A stretch of 64,000 nt of DNA from Schmidtea polychroa (taxonomy: Eukaryota). Positions 1 through 14,100 of the stretch are shown one piece after another (position 1 is the first letter of the stretch; each line of letters starts with the position of its first letter). Position numbers and translations under genes: made by a program. Where the stretch lies: positions 70,742,001 to 70,806,000 of the forward strand of contig CM097887.1 of NCBI GenBank assembly GCA_044892525.1, in the 5' to 3' direction. Under the pieces are notes generated by a model. The model ran no database searches. It had not been told where the DNA came from and saw only the letters and a program-made list of their open reading frames with translations.

Positions 1-162
1 TACGTTTCGAATGTGCTGGTAGTTGACTACCCATGCTAGGGTAATGGGTTGTGTGTGTAAAAAAAATATTTTAAGTTTTTGACTAGTATTTGCAATAATA
101 ATATTGATAATAATAATTGTTAATTGGTTGTGTGTGTTTTTATGTTTTTGACTAATATTTGC

Positions 163-238
<76 letters not shown>
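163..238. repeat. (AAT)n microsatellite
   Basis: Uninterrupted AAT triplets visible in the sequence. Confidence 0.95.
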
Positions 239-241
<3 letters not shown>

Positions 242-711
242 TGAAATTGTATTTGAAAATGTTATGAACTGTAGAGATGATGAATGTGAATGTGTTAATA
301 AATTTTAGTTTGAGTGTATATTTAAAGTATAATATTTAGAATTTCTTTGTTAAAGTTTTGTCTTGAATATTTTTAGTAGTAACTTTGTGAACAGTACCCC
401 TGTGACTTGTTGAGTGTGAGTAGTACTCTGGTGAGCAGTACCTTTGTGAGCAATACCCTTAGGGGGACAGAATATTTTGTCGGATAGATTATATATAATA
501 ATAACAACTTCCACGCGTGCGTTAATATTTTAAAAGAAAATATTGAAAATTAAAAAATAATAATATGTAATCAACGATTTAAACAAAATTATATTATTAC
601 GTATTCGATAATTAAAACAAAAAATTATATAATCAATGTTTTAAACAAAATTATATAATCAACGATTTAAACAAAATTAAATTATTATGTAATCGATAAT
701 TAAAACAAAAT

Positions 712-1525
712 TATTAGTTCTAAAAATAAGAGGCATCGTTCTAAAAATATGACGTAATCATTCTAAAAATATTAGGCATCGTTCTAAAAATATGACGTAA
801 TCATTCTAAAAATATTAGGCATCGTTCTAAAAATATTAGGCATCGATTATGTAATAGTTCTAAAAATATGTGGCATCGTTCTAAAAATATTAGGCATCGT
901 TCTAAAAATATTAGGCATCGTTCTAAAAATATTAGGCATCGTTCTAAAAATATTAGGCATCATTCTAAAAATATGATGAGTCATTGTCTTTGTTCTAAAA
1001 ATGTGATGAGTCATCGTATGATAAAAATCTATATCTCATTAGAAAGTTCTTGCACAGAGCTTTAAAATAAGCTATCGATCAATATAATATGTTGGCGGGA
1101 ACATTAATCTTTGGGATGAAAAAAAGTGTGAGCCCGCTGGGTCAATTAATAATATTTTGACAAATAATAATAATTTAACTTTGAAAAGATGGTGGTCATT
1201 AAATGTTAATAACATTAAAACTATTAAAGATATATAAAATACCTATAGCACATCTTAAAGGTCCTGCACTGGGCTTTAAGATGAGGTATCGTCCAATAAA
1301 ATCTGATGGCGGGAACATTAACTTTTGGGATGAAAAAAAGTGTGAGCCCGCTGGGCCACTAATAATATGGCATCGTTCTAAAAATATGTGGCATCGATTA
1401 CGCAATAGTTCTAAAAATATGTGGCATCGTTCTAAAAGTATGTGGCGTCGATTACGTAATAGTTCTAAAAATATTAGGCATCGATTACATAATAGTTCTA
1501 AAAATATGTTGCATCGTTCTAAAAA
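712..1525. repeat. 21-bp minisatellite in two clusters (about 712-1000 and 1365-1525)
   Basis: Unit GGCATCGTTCTAAAAATATTA with variants. It produces the RHRSKNI pseudo-ORFs. A ~50 bp direct repeat (GGCGGGAACATTAA...GTGAGCCCGCTGG) occurs near 1093 and 1308. Confidence 0.9.
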
Positions 1526-2749
1526 ATTTTTTTCCGGGGGGGGGGGGGGGAGGGGGTATATGTGGCCGGGGGAGCTCCTGGCCGGGGGAGCCCCAATCCT
1601 ACTACTCTTATATAATTAATACTGACGGTTTTTTGTAAATGTGAAATATGTTTTTCTATTCCAACCAAGAAAATAAAACCCTACAGACGAGTCGCTCAAA
1701 AGCACATCTGATGTCCTGATTTGGACAGCCCTAATATAATATGTTTCTAGTTACATATTAATAAAATAATGTTGCGCAACGATATTATCAAATATTTCAT
1801 TCAGATCTATCGGTGAATTTGTTTATTTGCAGTTAAATATAAATTTGACAAATTTCATCTGCAACACAACTGATGTCCAGTTTCTTATTTTTACGTATCA
1901 TTCTAACATTTATTACTCGGTGATTATTGTCGAAAATAAAGGTAACCTTTTTGAGATTCTCTTTAAACCGAATGTTAAGAAATAATTTATTTCAGGGGAC
2001 GCATTAACAAAAGTTCAATCAATGTCAAATGCAATTTCCAATGATTTGGTCATTTTAGATATCCAACCCTTTTATATCAGTTTTATAATTTGTCCGATCA
2101 ATTTCATTAACTGTCCATATAAAAGCGTTGATCAAAAAGAAATTATTGGTAAAATGAACTTAGTAAGCAATAATTATTTTTGTCAAAATGAGATATAAAT
2201 ATTATCACTGAATGTGACACATTCTTATGCAACATCATGAAACGGACAAAATAACTATAACTATAACTATATTTCGAAGAATGTTATGACATACGGAATC
2301 TAATAATAATAATAATAATAAAGAAAATTATTGTTATTATTATTATTATTACCGTATTTCCCGGACAATATGACAGTCTTATTTTTAATTTAGAAGAAAG
2401 AATCAAATTAGCTCTTATTTTAAGGTCCATATTTTCTAAATAAATATAATTTCATTCCAAGTTGTCATTTATTCCAATATAGTCATGTCATCTGACTCTC
2501 CCACATCGTCCCCATCATTATTCTCTCTTGTCACTGGTTGAATTATCTGGGGGTCTAATGCTTGTAACACTATTGGCCCAAATTTCTCATGTTTGGCAAT
2601 GTGACTATCTCTGAATGAATAATTTTTATCCAGATATCCCACTCGTATTGCATTACCCATCCCAGGCTTTTTAACCCAAATTAGTTTCTTTTCTTTATTG
2701 TATCTTATTATTATTATTAACTATGGCATAAATAAAACAGAATATAATC

Positions 2750-3710
2750 ATTGATTTGTTACTGATGTTTACTATGTATAAATTATATATTAAACTATAT
2801 TTCACAATTCTCTATAGTAAATTATTACTATTGAGAATTGTCAATTTAAAAAAATTAATATTAAATAACTATTCCTGCTATATGAAAACTTTGCCGACAT
2901 TTTCAATTCCACATTTTACTAATGCCTATCCATTGCATGAGTGCAACTCAGTTCATTATTTGCGGATTAAAGCCTAAAAATTAATTTTTAACCTCGTCAG
3001 CAATTATCAACAACAAACAATAAGTCAAATGTCTAATAGGATTATACGGTGGAATTATTTTCAAAATATGTAAATGTAGAGCAAACATCAACAGTTGCAA
3101 GATATATTAACGGAAGCAACCCAAAGTTCGTTTCTAAAAACAATGACTCCATTCTTTACTCGCGATACAATTTGGAACTTGCGTTCAATTGTGATATTCT
3201 TCCTTTTCGATGACATGGTTGTATTAAAATAAAATGTTAAATAAAAAAGAAAATTTCAAAACACTAAAAGACACCTACATATACTGTGATATGCCAAAAA
3301 TATTGAACGAATATATTTTTAAACTTTTTCGATAAACTTTTTCGATTTTTTTAATTGAGATCAGATTTTAGATTTTTTTTGTTTTAGTTGTCAAATGAGA
3401 ATTTGTTTATAATATTCAAAAATCGTTATATTTTCGGCCTCCTTGTCTATATACACACTTGTCAAAATGATGTTTAACAAATATAAATGGATTTATTAAT
3501 GGATGAAGTTTTAGACCATTTTCATAATGGTTTTAGTAGTAGATAGAATAAAACTAGCATGAAACATAAATCCAACAAAAAGTTCGAAATTTATTTCCAA
3601 AAAAATTCCAATTACTTTACCCGGGGTACTGTATTTGGACAAATGTTACTATTAGTGTATCTGGGGTACTCTATTCGAAGGAGGGGTACTATATTCAGAA
3701 CTTTACGGTA
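2750..3710 (-). mobile_element. Degenerate pogo/Tigger-like DNA transposon remnant
   Basis: Minus strand MSSKRKNITIERKFQIVSRVKNG (ATG near 3216) resembles the pogo N-terminal HTH. A C-terminal-like ALMQW...W...SFHIAG fragment lies near 2870-2950. The end reads TACCGTA on the minus strand at 3710. No matching second TIR was found. Confidence 0.5.
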
Positions 3711-4452
3711 ATAATTTTTTGCCAATAAATTGTTCAATAAGGGCTTCTAGGTTTCCACTTGTTCGTCTTGTATCTTTTGTATCATCCGACTTCACGAAAA
3801 TTGCATGCCTTAGATAACGTCAATTATTCTTTTGTGTAGTAAAAATTCTACAATAAATTTACTAATGTTTACGGGACTTGCTTAGTTCGATGATTTGCAC
3901 TGTATTAAATAATTGATGTTATGGAAGTACAAGGAAAATCTTTATAATTTTATTTTAAAATTTGAGTACTATTCATGTTCCAACTATATTTGTTATTATG
4001 GAAATAGTGTTTACTTTTCTTGCGTATGAATTCATTTTTCTTGTCTCAATATATTTTAATATCCTTTTTAATGTATGGTGGCCAATAGTATGATTACATG
4101 CTAATTTTGGTGATTAGGCGCTTATTATGAGCCAGTTTTAGGATAAATAAATAATGTTAATTAGTTAATTTTACAACCTGCTATTACCACCCTCACCATA
4201 TATCCCCACACCGTTACATAATACATCAAAGCGCATTTGATTATCATAAATGAGACATGCATTTAGCAATGTCAATTGAGCTTTGTTTTGAATTTTAGTT
4301 ATATTTTAAGTTTTTTTGTTAAAATAATGAATAATGAAGTAAGACATTTACTTATTTATTTAAATATACATAACATTTTTCAGAATTCACCTAAAATATC
4401 ATGTTTTTTCAAGCATTTAGGGAAGACTTTTTAATGTGATTATAGTAATTTT

Positions 4453-4959
4453 TCAAATTACTATAATCTGGTTTGCTAAATTCTTCGATAATCTGTCATT
4501 GAAAGTCATCCTGCTAAATCCATTAGCTGAAGAAACTTTAGTCCTTACCCCATTTTTAACTTTGCTGAACACACTTTCGATAGAGTTCAAAAATGGACGA
4601 TATGGAGGCAACTTTTCAATGATATTGTTCAAAGATAATACATTATTGTGGAAGGATGCATTGTCGTGTATCAAAATGAATGTAAAGCCATTCAGTTTCT
4701 CAGTTGATTCGGTTATAAATGACAGGTGTGATCCCTTTCTAAAAGATCCAATGATGATTTGTGAATGGATTAGCCCATCTTTGGATATTGCCCAAACAAA
4801 TGAAATATTGGGACCTATATTTGTTGGCATATTGCTGTAAATTCGATTGCCTACTCGAGATCTACCGAATCTCTTGTTTGTCCATGTATTGAAAGCGCAT
4901 TCATCTATATAAATAGATTTACTGCTCCTTCCAACCTTCTTCAAGGAGACGTGTAACAT
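4453..4959 (-). pseudogene. IS630/Tc1-family DDE transposase fragment
   Basis: Motifs IYIDECAFN, ILIHDNASFH and LPPYRPFLNSIESVFSKVK match the D, D and E regions of IS630/Tc1 transposases. The N-terminus is broken. Confidence 0.85.
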
Positions 4960-5944
4960 ATTTCTACCGAATTTCCAATATTCTATCTAAATTTCTTCCA
5001 CACAAGGCCTGATCCTTTTGAAAGTTATTAATTGATTTTTCAGGTACCTGGATATTGACTTTGTTGAAATAAATTTAAACAAAATTTGTCTCAATCACTG
5101 CTTCGAAATGTCATGGCATAATATCCTCCATCAACTAAACTCATTGTACAGAGCTTTACTCGTTCTCGGGAATGAAGTTCCTTCAGCAACAACTACTTTT
5201 TCCTACTATAGAACCTAAATTTACATCAATAAAAATCCAAAGCGATCGCTTCGTAGTTGCTCTACTCTAATACCTAAAAGGGCCTTGACCTATTGAAAAT
5301 TTAAGTTTTAATTTATAAATTCAAATAAATAAAATGATAAGATTTATTAGCTTATGATTAGTAAAATTATAAGTTAATTCATAGAAAAATTATTATTAAT
5401 TGGAAATACTAGTGGAAGTGTTGGATGACAGGAGCAGAAGTATCGAGCATTAATTAAATTTTAAACAAATAAATGATAATTTAAGCTTTTTACTGCAAAT
5501 AATATAATAGATGGATTGATACCACTGGAGCAGGTCCAATCCTCGAAAAAAACNNNNNNNNNNNNNNNNNNNNNNNNNNNNNNNNNNNNNNNNNNNNNNN
5601 NNNNNNNNNNNNNNNNNNNNNNNNNNNNNNNNNNNNNNNNNNNNNNNNNNNNNNNNNNNNNNNNNNNNNNNNNNNNNNNNNNNNNNNNNNNNNNNNNNNN
5701 NNNNNNNNNNNNNNNNNNNNNNNNNTAGGTCATATAGATTTAATAAATAAATAAGTAGGTCTAATAGTTTTAATAAATAAATAAAAAACATCTCTAAAAC
5801 ATAGTCCCCGCTGACACATTATTGAAATAATTCATTGTGAAACAATAAATAACATTTCTATATAAATATCTACTTTAAAACTGGAACATTCTATATACCG
5901 GGAATGTCATAGAAATTAAGAGGCTCAAAACAATTGTATGCAAT

Positions 5945-6075
5945 GGTACAATCAAAGAAATAATTTTTTCTGTAGTTGTTGGAATGATGTTTAATTCCCA
6001 AGATGAGAAGTCATTGAGACCATGTTTCAAAATGTGATGCAAATCATACCCCTACAAATTATGAAAGACGACCGA
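5945..6075 (-). pseudogene. Polinton/Maverick-type protein-primed PolB fragment (exonuclease region)
   Basis: VFHNL, then a +1 frameshift, then GYDLHHILKH...LNIIPTTTEKIISL. This matches the FHNLxGYDxH and IPxTxEKxISF pattern of pPolB. Confidence 0.6.
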
Positions 6076-7547
6076 TAATAGTTTGAGAATTCTTCGAGAA
6101 TTTACCTGAAAAATGATTATGATCTCAAACAGGGTTTAGAATGTTTATTACATAGGTAACAAGTTTTACATGATAAAAATTTTCGCTCCTCAGCAAAAAA
6201 CAAAGTTGATATAGGTTTATTGCCCTCAAGTTCATAATATATTAAGACAATTGAAACAACAATATCTTACACTTTTTCGCAAAAAGTCAAAAATACAGTC
6301 ATGTCCAAGGAAATTAAAATATGAATTTGAATTATTTAATAATAAAAACCTTACTGATATAGGCATATGTATTTCACTGTGAATTGTCTTCGGGCAAAAC
6401 CGATTCGAAATCGGTATAAATTACAAAGGGTGGCATAACTGTTTTTGAAAAGTGGGTGAATTTTAATTTTATTTTTCGGTAATGTATAAAGCGTATTACT
6501 AATCTGATTTTTATAGCACAGAGCAACATGTTGGTCAGACGCTATCTTATATTTGAAACCATTAAGGCAATGTGGACACCAGTTACACTTTATTTACACA
6601 TTACATTCTTCGCATTGTTTTGAAAATTAGTAGTCAGTGAATTCCTCGTATTGGTTGTAGCTTTCCAAGTTTTTCAGTCTGTGTTTCTCTTTTTGTTTGT
6701 TCTTTTTCGTTTGGAGTTTTGTTTTTCCTTCGGGGTTTTTTTTGTTTTAGTTATCGATACTTGTTCTGCCGGATAGAGTTTCCGTTGTTTCTTTTTCCTT
6801 GATTGCTTTAGCAGGATCTCCTTCTGTTGGCTTTTCGTTTGCTTTTGGTGTTGTTAATTTTCCTTATAGTTCACTTTAATTTTCTTTCTGCTGATTTGTT
6901 TGGTTTTTGTTTATTTTTAAATTGAGTTATTGCTAGAGTAGTGAGTGTGTTTTTGTATTTGTTTCTTCGGTTATTTCAACTCAGGTAGGACCCCACGCTG
7001 CCTGAGTTTATTCAAAACTTTTTTGCGAGTGATCACTGTCATATCCGATCGGTTGTTGAATGAGTTCAGGTACCTACTTACTCATTCACCTACCTTTTTA
7101 ATGTTGCTAAAAAATTGTAAATTGTCAAAGTCCAAATTTGAAAATGATAATATATAATTTTTAACTGTTTTTTCTGGCCATATTTTTTTTTATCTTTTGC
7201 TCCTAATCTCTTCCTTTATACTGTCTTTTCCTTATCCCTTTCTTCTTCTGTAGTTTCTTTTCTGGGAATTTTCAGACGAATTTTGAATTTTTGAATGTGC
7301 TCACAGTTCCCTTTTATATATTATGAATAAAATATATGATCTCCATGAAGCCAAATTTATATAAATATAACGGTGAATTAATACAAAAAAATACCTGTTG
7401 ATTTAAATATTAAATTATGTTAAAAAAATTAATTTAAATTAACAGGGTATAAATCTTTACATACGACAAACCTACTAGAAATTCAAAATAAAACATATCA
7501 ATGGTGATCAAAAATTTCAAAGATTATACTCAATTTATAAATAAGGT

Positions 7548-10541
7548 CAGTGGTGATATTCAGCCGGTACGGGGCGGTACGCTCGTACCGGTTGTTAACA
7601 TTTTTAAAATTTTCCGTACCGGTTGTTGTATATTAAAAAAAAAGTATGTTTTTAAGTAAAAGTATGTAAAAGTAAAAGTATTGATAAAAACATTCTAAAT
7701 TACTAAAAAAATATAAATATTTACCTGCCATTATCGATCAAATACAAAAAATCTTACAATAAAATAAAAATTTGGGATTTAAAATTTTTTTCGGTTTTAG
7801 TAAAAAAAAATCTACTTAAAACTGTCTAATTTGAATTTTAGTACTTTTAATTTCCACTACAATCCAAGAGATGGCATTGAATTATAGAACAAAATTTATG
7901 GAATTGAAAAATTCCTACTGAGCATGTGTAAAGTTGCATTTTAATAGGTGGTTTCACCGCGTAACCACTAAGCTTGAAAGGGTTAACGGAAAATTCTGTA
8001 AAAAAAAATATTTTTCTTTTAATAAAAAGGGAATTTCCCTTTTTGAATACATTTTTATTTTGATATATTTACTCTAAATAAAAAGTTTAGTAGTATAAAT
8101 ATTTTTATGGTGAATGGTTATCCCTTACTTTTAATCTCTATTAAATTCAGTTTTAACGTGCAAGTATGAAGATTTTAAATTGATTTAACTTTCTAATTAA
8201 TTATTAATTAATTATTAAATATTTTCTTTGTTTCAACCTAAGAATGAAAAGGCAAGGTAATTTGGATGACTTTTTTAGCAAATCTATAAAAATAACCAAA
8301 ATCCCTGAACAGCAAGCTGAGAATATTACTAATTCTAATCAAACAAAACAGGTAAAAGAAAAAAATGATACTTCTGAAGTTCAACACCAATCGGAAAAAG
8401 CTGGAACGTCTCGTGATGCTGCGTTATTACATTTTTGGAATGATAAACAACTAAATTATTTTAAAACTAAATACGAGTGGCTTATTGTTGTTAGCGATGA
8501 AAATGTGGGATGTCAGTGGTGTTCAAAAGTAGAATCGTTAAATTTAGAAACTGCTAAACATTTACACATTTCTGTGGAGTGGAAATCATGTTCTGTCAAA
8601 GCTTATGTCTTGAACAAAGAAAATTTACAATCATCAATGAGAAAAAAATTGAAGGAACACAATGAATCAGCTTCACATAAAAAAGCTGGGGAAATAATAA
8701 AAATTGGTGAAACAAATGTAATTTCCAAATCTTTCGATGTGGCTAATGAAAAGTATTTAAACAGCACAGTAAACATTTTTAATACTATCTATTTCATAAT
8801 TAAAAACAATTACCCATTCAGTGATTTTAAAAAATTAATTGATTTACAGAAAAAAAATAATGTAGATTTTGGATTTTCATTACATTCCAGATTTATAGTT
8901 CCACTTGTCGCAAAGCTTATATCTACAGAAATAAGAAGAATTATTTTTGGAAAACTGATAAATACAGGTTGTAAAATTTCAATTATTATTGATGAAGCCT
9001 CAACTGTTTCACACAAAAGCGTTTTAGTAGTTTATTTGAAATCTGAAATTCAAGATTCCGATGATAGTGTAACAGTTTTTATTGATCTTGTCTAATTAGA
9101 AGGAACAACTTCAGAAATAATTTTTAAAACCTTAATATCAGTTCTTGAAAAACATGGTTTTAATGAAAAATATTTACATGAAAATCTTATTGGATTTTGC
9201 TCAGACGGTGCTAGTGTAATGTTAGGAAAAAAGGCTGGAGTTTCTGCAAGAATTTTAGAACATTTTCCAGGTATTAGCATCTGTCACTGTTTAGCTCATC
9301 GTATTCAGTTAACTCTAGATGATGTTATCAAAGAAGTAAATGAAGTAAATAACTTTAGATATTTTCTCGATAAACTTTATTCGTATTATCATACTTCAAA
9401 TAAACATCAACGAGAATTAAATAATGTTTCTAAAGAACTTGGCACTGAAGTACACAAAATAGGTAGAATATTTGGTCCTCGATGGGCAGCCTGTAGCGCT
9501 AGGACCGCCAAAGCAGTTTGGAAATCATATCAGGCCTTAGTCAAAATAAAGAAATTGGAATAATGTCATATTTCAAAAATGAAAACTTTTTAAAAGATTT
9601 AGGTTTAATAAACGACATATTAGAAGAAATTTCTGTACTGTCTACAGCTTTACAAGAAAGAGATATTTCATAAATTAGAGCTGATAGATAAGGCGAACGA
9701 TAAATCTATTCCAACATTTAAAATTAAATAAAGGAACATATGAAAAAGAAGCAGATGATATTATTAAAACGAAAAAATACAATATTCCATTTGAAATTAA
9801 TAGAAAAAAAACATCAATTGTTGTTTCGAGAGATACATTTTTTGATTGTTTAGAAAAACATATGAAAACGCGTTTGCTATTAGACGATAAAAATGAAAAC
9901 TATAATAATCTCTTAAATTGCTTTAATTTATTAAATCCAGAAACATGGCCGGGTGATATTTTTGAAGCACCATGGATTGAAGGTGAAAATAGGTTAGAGC
10001 AGTTAAATAAAATAATCAAATATATCATTCCAGTAAATGATTTTCGAGATTTTGTTGATGTGCGAGATAGAGAATCTAAAAATATTAATACTATTTTGAG
10101 AGCAAAAAGAATTTTAAATGTAATTGCTGTTAATTCCGCAGAAGCTGAAAGAGGACTCAGCACAATGAACAATATCATTTATGATAAGAGAAATTCGTTG
10201 TTAATTGAAACAACAAGTCATTTAATGACAATAAATTTAATGGGAAAATCGATTGAGGATTTTGATGCAACACCATATGTTAAATTATGGTTGCGAGAAG
10301 GGCATCATATGGCAAGTGACAAACGTGTCAAAGCAGCCGCACCTAATTTGCCGTCCCAAAACCAAAATTTAATTTGGAAATTATTTAATTAATTTTATAT
10401 ACTATTTTTTATACTATTATATATAATATATGTATTTCTTATGTAAATATGTAAATAAATAACTATTATGAAGTAAATATAACCTACAATAGATTTTTTT
10501 CCATGCGTACCGGTTGTTAAAAAATTCGAATATCACCACTG
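7548..10541 (+). mobile_element. hAT DNA transposon, full-length but non-functional
   Basis: 14-bp TIRs CAGTGGTGATATTC / GAATATCACCACTG. 8-bp TSD AATAAGGT at 7540-7547 and 10542-10549. Subterminal GTACCGGTTGTT repeats. Confidence 0.95.
8244..10392 (+). pseudogene. hAT transposase (ZNF862-like subgroup), interrupted by stops and frameshifts
   Basis: IIIDEAST, FCSDGASVMLGKKAGV, CHCLAHRIQL, PRW and a C-terminal dimerisation motif VNSAEAERGLSTMN. In-frame TAA at 9093-9095, with further breaks between 9560 and 9860. Confidence 0.9.
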
Positions 10542-10543
10542 AA

Positions 10544-11145
10544 TAAGGTGACCATATTTTTAGATGGGCAAAGCGGGACAACTTTGAAGGAGGGGAGGTA
10601 TCAACAAAATTTTTCATATAGAATAAAAATAATATGGTAATATTTTTTTGATTTTTAACATAAGTACAATTTATAAATATAAAAAATTGTATAACATTTT
10701 ATTCCTTGACATATTATTAGTTTGATTAACTTAAAATATTTGCAAAATTTTATTTTTATATTTCTTTCTAAAATTTTTTTTAAGATTAGGGTCAGTGATA
10801 TACTTTTTGTTATCAATATAAAATTGAAGACTAAGAGTATTTTAAGCTAAGTTAAGGAGAATTTATGTATTTATGAAATATAGAAATAAATTACTTACCT
10901 TAATTTTCTATGGTAAGTAGCAGATTTGAATATTTATTTGTTTAATTCATTGTAACTGGGTAAGAAAAGCGATATGTTAGTCGTAGTAGTCTGTAGGATT
11001 TTTAGAATCCAAAACAATGATTTTCATAAATATAAAATTTTACCTCATTCTAAAAGTCGGGACTTTTGTAAAACGTTGCGGTACGCAGAACAAATCGTGA
11101 ATAATCGGGACTGTCATGCCTAAAGCGGGACGTCTGGTCACCTTA
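10544..11145. mobile_element. Non-autonomous hAT-type MITE whose left TIR was hit by the 7548-10541 hAT
   Basis: Ends TAAGGTGACCA / TGGTCACCTTA. Flanks TTTATAAA (7534-7541) and GTTATAAA (11146-11153) form a 7/8 TSD. Repeated CGGGAC subterminal motifs. Confidence 0.65.
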
Positions 11146-14100
11146 GTTATAAAATTACAATTCTTTATCATTATTCAAAAATGAAGGAGTTAGATATCTG
11201 TTTGTTTAAATAATTTGGAATTGGCGGTTTTGCGAATTAATTAAAACTTGTTATTTAGAAATTCTTTGATTAAATATATATTGTTAGTTTCGAGATTTTT
11301 GCTGCAAATTTAAAGATGAATCTAAAGATGGATTTAACTGAAGGTATTTAATTTAATTTGATATGAATAATTTATATATATTTCTTTCTTGAGTCTTTTA
11401 ATAAAATTGTGAGTTCATTAACTTTTTGTTCATTTGCTTTGTTCATATTAATACCATCTTCCAGTTCTTTTTCTCGATCTTTATACTTTTTTAATTTCTG
11501 TTCAATTATAAAGGTAATTTTTAAATAAATTTGAAAAATTTCATAACTTCTTCTAATTCAGCGCCTTTTAAAAGTTGTTCTTTTGATTCAAATTGTAAAA
11601 TGTCAATAGTTTTGCGAAGACCTTCCAATTGTGTTTTGTATTACTGATATAATTCATAGTAAATTTTTATTTTTCGCTCATCTAATGATGAATTAAAATC
11701 ACTAATATTCATTACTATATTGTTTTAGTCTTATGTTAAATTTAAAATATTACTTCCGATTTTTCCTTTAATGTTGCATATTGATTAGATAAACTGATAA
11801 ATTTCATTAACTGGTCCTGGAATTGTTTTCTATATTAAGTTTTAATTTAAGTTTAATCAAAGAATATGTAATACTTCATTGATTGTAAATTTGATTTTAA
11901 AATTTTCTCTTCCACTAACAATTGATTTACTGAAATTTAAAAATATATAAATTCATTAAAAAAATTCGTCAAACAAATTCGATTTGTTGTTTTAAATTAA
12001 TCAAAAACATTAAAGTTTTAAAATGCAAATATTTCAAATAATTAAATTTTATCCTTTTAGTCTTAAACACAATTATTCGAATTTTATTATTATTTTATGA
12101 AAATTATAAATGATTTATTTTAAAAATATTTCATACTTACTTTTGTCAGTATTTATTTTATTATTCTGTAATTCCAATGTTTCTTTGGCATCCATCTTCG
12201 TTTAATTTACCTTATCAAGTATTTAAAATTATTTCTCTTTATTAGAATAATCAAACTATGATAAATTTGAAGTAATTGTTATATTTGTGCTTAATCACAT
12301 CTTGAGATGTTTCTGTTAATTGGACCGTGTGTGATCTGTAATCTTTAATTCACAAGCTAATAAATTTTTTGCACTAACTAATTATTAATTTTAAATTTTG
12401 CATTTTAGGATCAACTTTACGGAATTCTGTTAGGATTTTCGGGTGAGATTTATAATTAATTGATATATTAATTTTTATTGATACTTAATTAACTGGAAAA
12501 CTCTTTGTCTTAATTTAATAAATAAGACATCAATTGTACAATTGTTGTTATGTAGAAGAAAATTTATTTTTATGGATCTTTAGTAGATAATTGGTTATTG
12601 CATTAAATTTCATGACAATTCATAATCATTTATAATGTGTTTATGAAAACAATAAATAATGTAGGTATAAAAACACTGAAATGTTTTCCCATTGTAAAAT
12701 TGCAAATACCAAGTATATTTTGTTATTAAAATATCTATGATGGTCCCTAAAATTAATCATCATTTTTACAATTCCTAAAAACTGCAAATAGAAATCAATT
12801 ACACGAATTAAATAATTTCGCCGGTAAAGAAATTGTAATTTGACCTAACATATAGCGGTGGTTAACTTTCCCCCATTTGATTTTCATGTAAAAATATTTG
12901 TCGACGTCAAGTACCTAAAAGATCATCCACCTTAATAAGAAAAAAACAATACACTTTTTTCCTTTATATTATTTACTGTAAAGGTAATACTATGACATCT
13001 GTCTGTACTCTCTAGTCTGTATTCTCAGTATATCGTAATTATTGATGATTGACCATAACATTAATAAATATTTCTCAACTCCAACCTCCCCTCTTCATAA
13101 ATTCCTGGCTACGCCACTGACATGTAGTTATATTAAAACAAGACTCAACATAAATGTGCTTTTTCAAACAGCGATTTTTAAAGTTCAATTGTCAATAATT
13201 ACAAACTCACGTTGATTCTACTCTTTCTGTGGCTCTTTTTTATTTTAATATGATTTGTGAGTTCAATAAACTATCGATAAAATCAGTAAATGTTTAGGGG
13301 CCCGCTAAATCACATACCCCTCAAGAAATTCTTTTTAAAAAATTATGTATGTCAACTCAAAAATAGATAAAATCATTTAAGTTCTAGAATATTGATCTGT
13401 TATTTTCAATTTCCTGTATTCATGTGTTTAATTTTATAAGAATTTATTATTAAATAAAACTTATATTTTTTGCGAACTCTAATTAATTTCAAAAACAGAA
13501 GTCATGGATAGTAGGGTAACATATGGACCCGGGAACAACGAACTATTGTGTAACCGATGGCATCGCAAAGGACATTACGTCATACCCCACCCCCTACTCC
13601 GGGGAAGGGGGTGGATTTTTAATTATATATATTTTTTAAATTATGTAATAAAGAACTATTGCATAACAATGAACTAATAAAACAATAAAATGATAATTTA
13701 AGCCTTTTGCTGCAAATAATGTATTTAATGAAAAAAATTTTGACTATAAGACAAGGACTATCTTATAGTCGAAATTTTTTTCATTATTTTTGCGGATTTC
13801 TATCATTTGTGTGAATATCTGTAATTTTTGTGGATATCTATCATTTTCGTGAATTTCTATCATTTTTGAGAAATTTTATCATTTTTGTGAATTTCATGTT
13901 TATTGAAAGAATATTTAAAAATTTAAAGTTAGTTCTAAGATAAATTTAATTAATTTCTTGATAATTGGATGTATTTTTATTGACTTGTTTTTAAATTGTA
14001 AATAAAAATTTATTTTTAATGAGGTTAATAATTAAAGTTTGTACAATAATTAAGTGATAGGATAAATTTTGATGAGGATATTGAATAATTTTCTAAGAAT

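Noticed and set aside
868-1619. RHRSKNI-repeat ORFs
   Set aside because: Translation of a 21-bp minisatellite with no stop in one frame; no sign of a gene.
2350-2400. TACCGTATTTCC as the partner TIR of the pogo remnant ending at 3710
   Set aside because: The two ends agree for only 7 nt, so they probably belong to different elements.
11300-12200. Minus-strand coiled-coil-like coding remnants
   Set aside because: Several stops and no recognisable family; cannot support a gene call.
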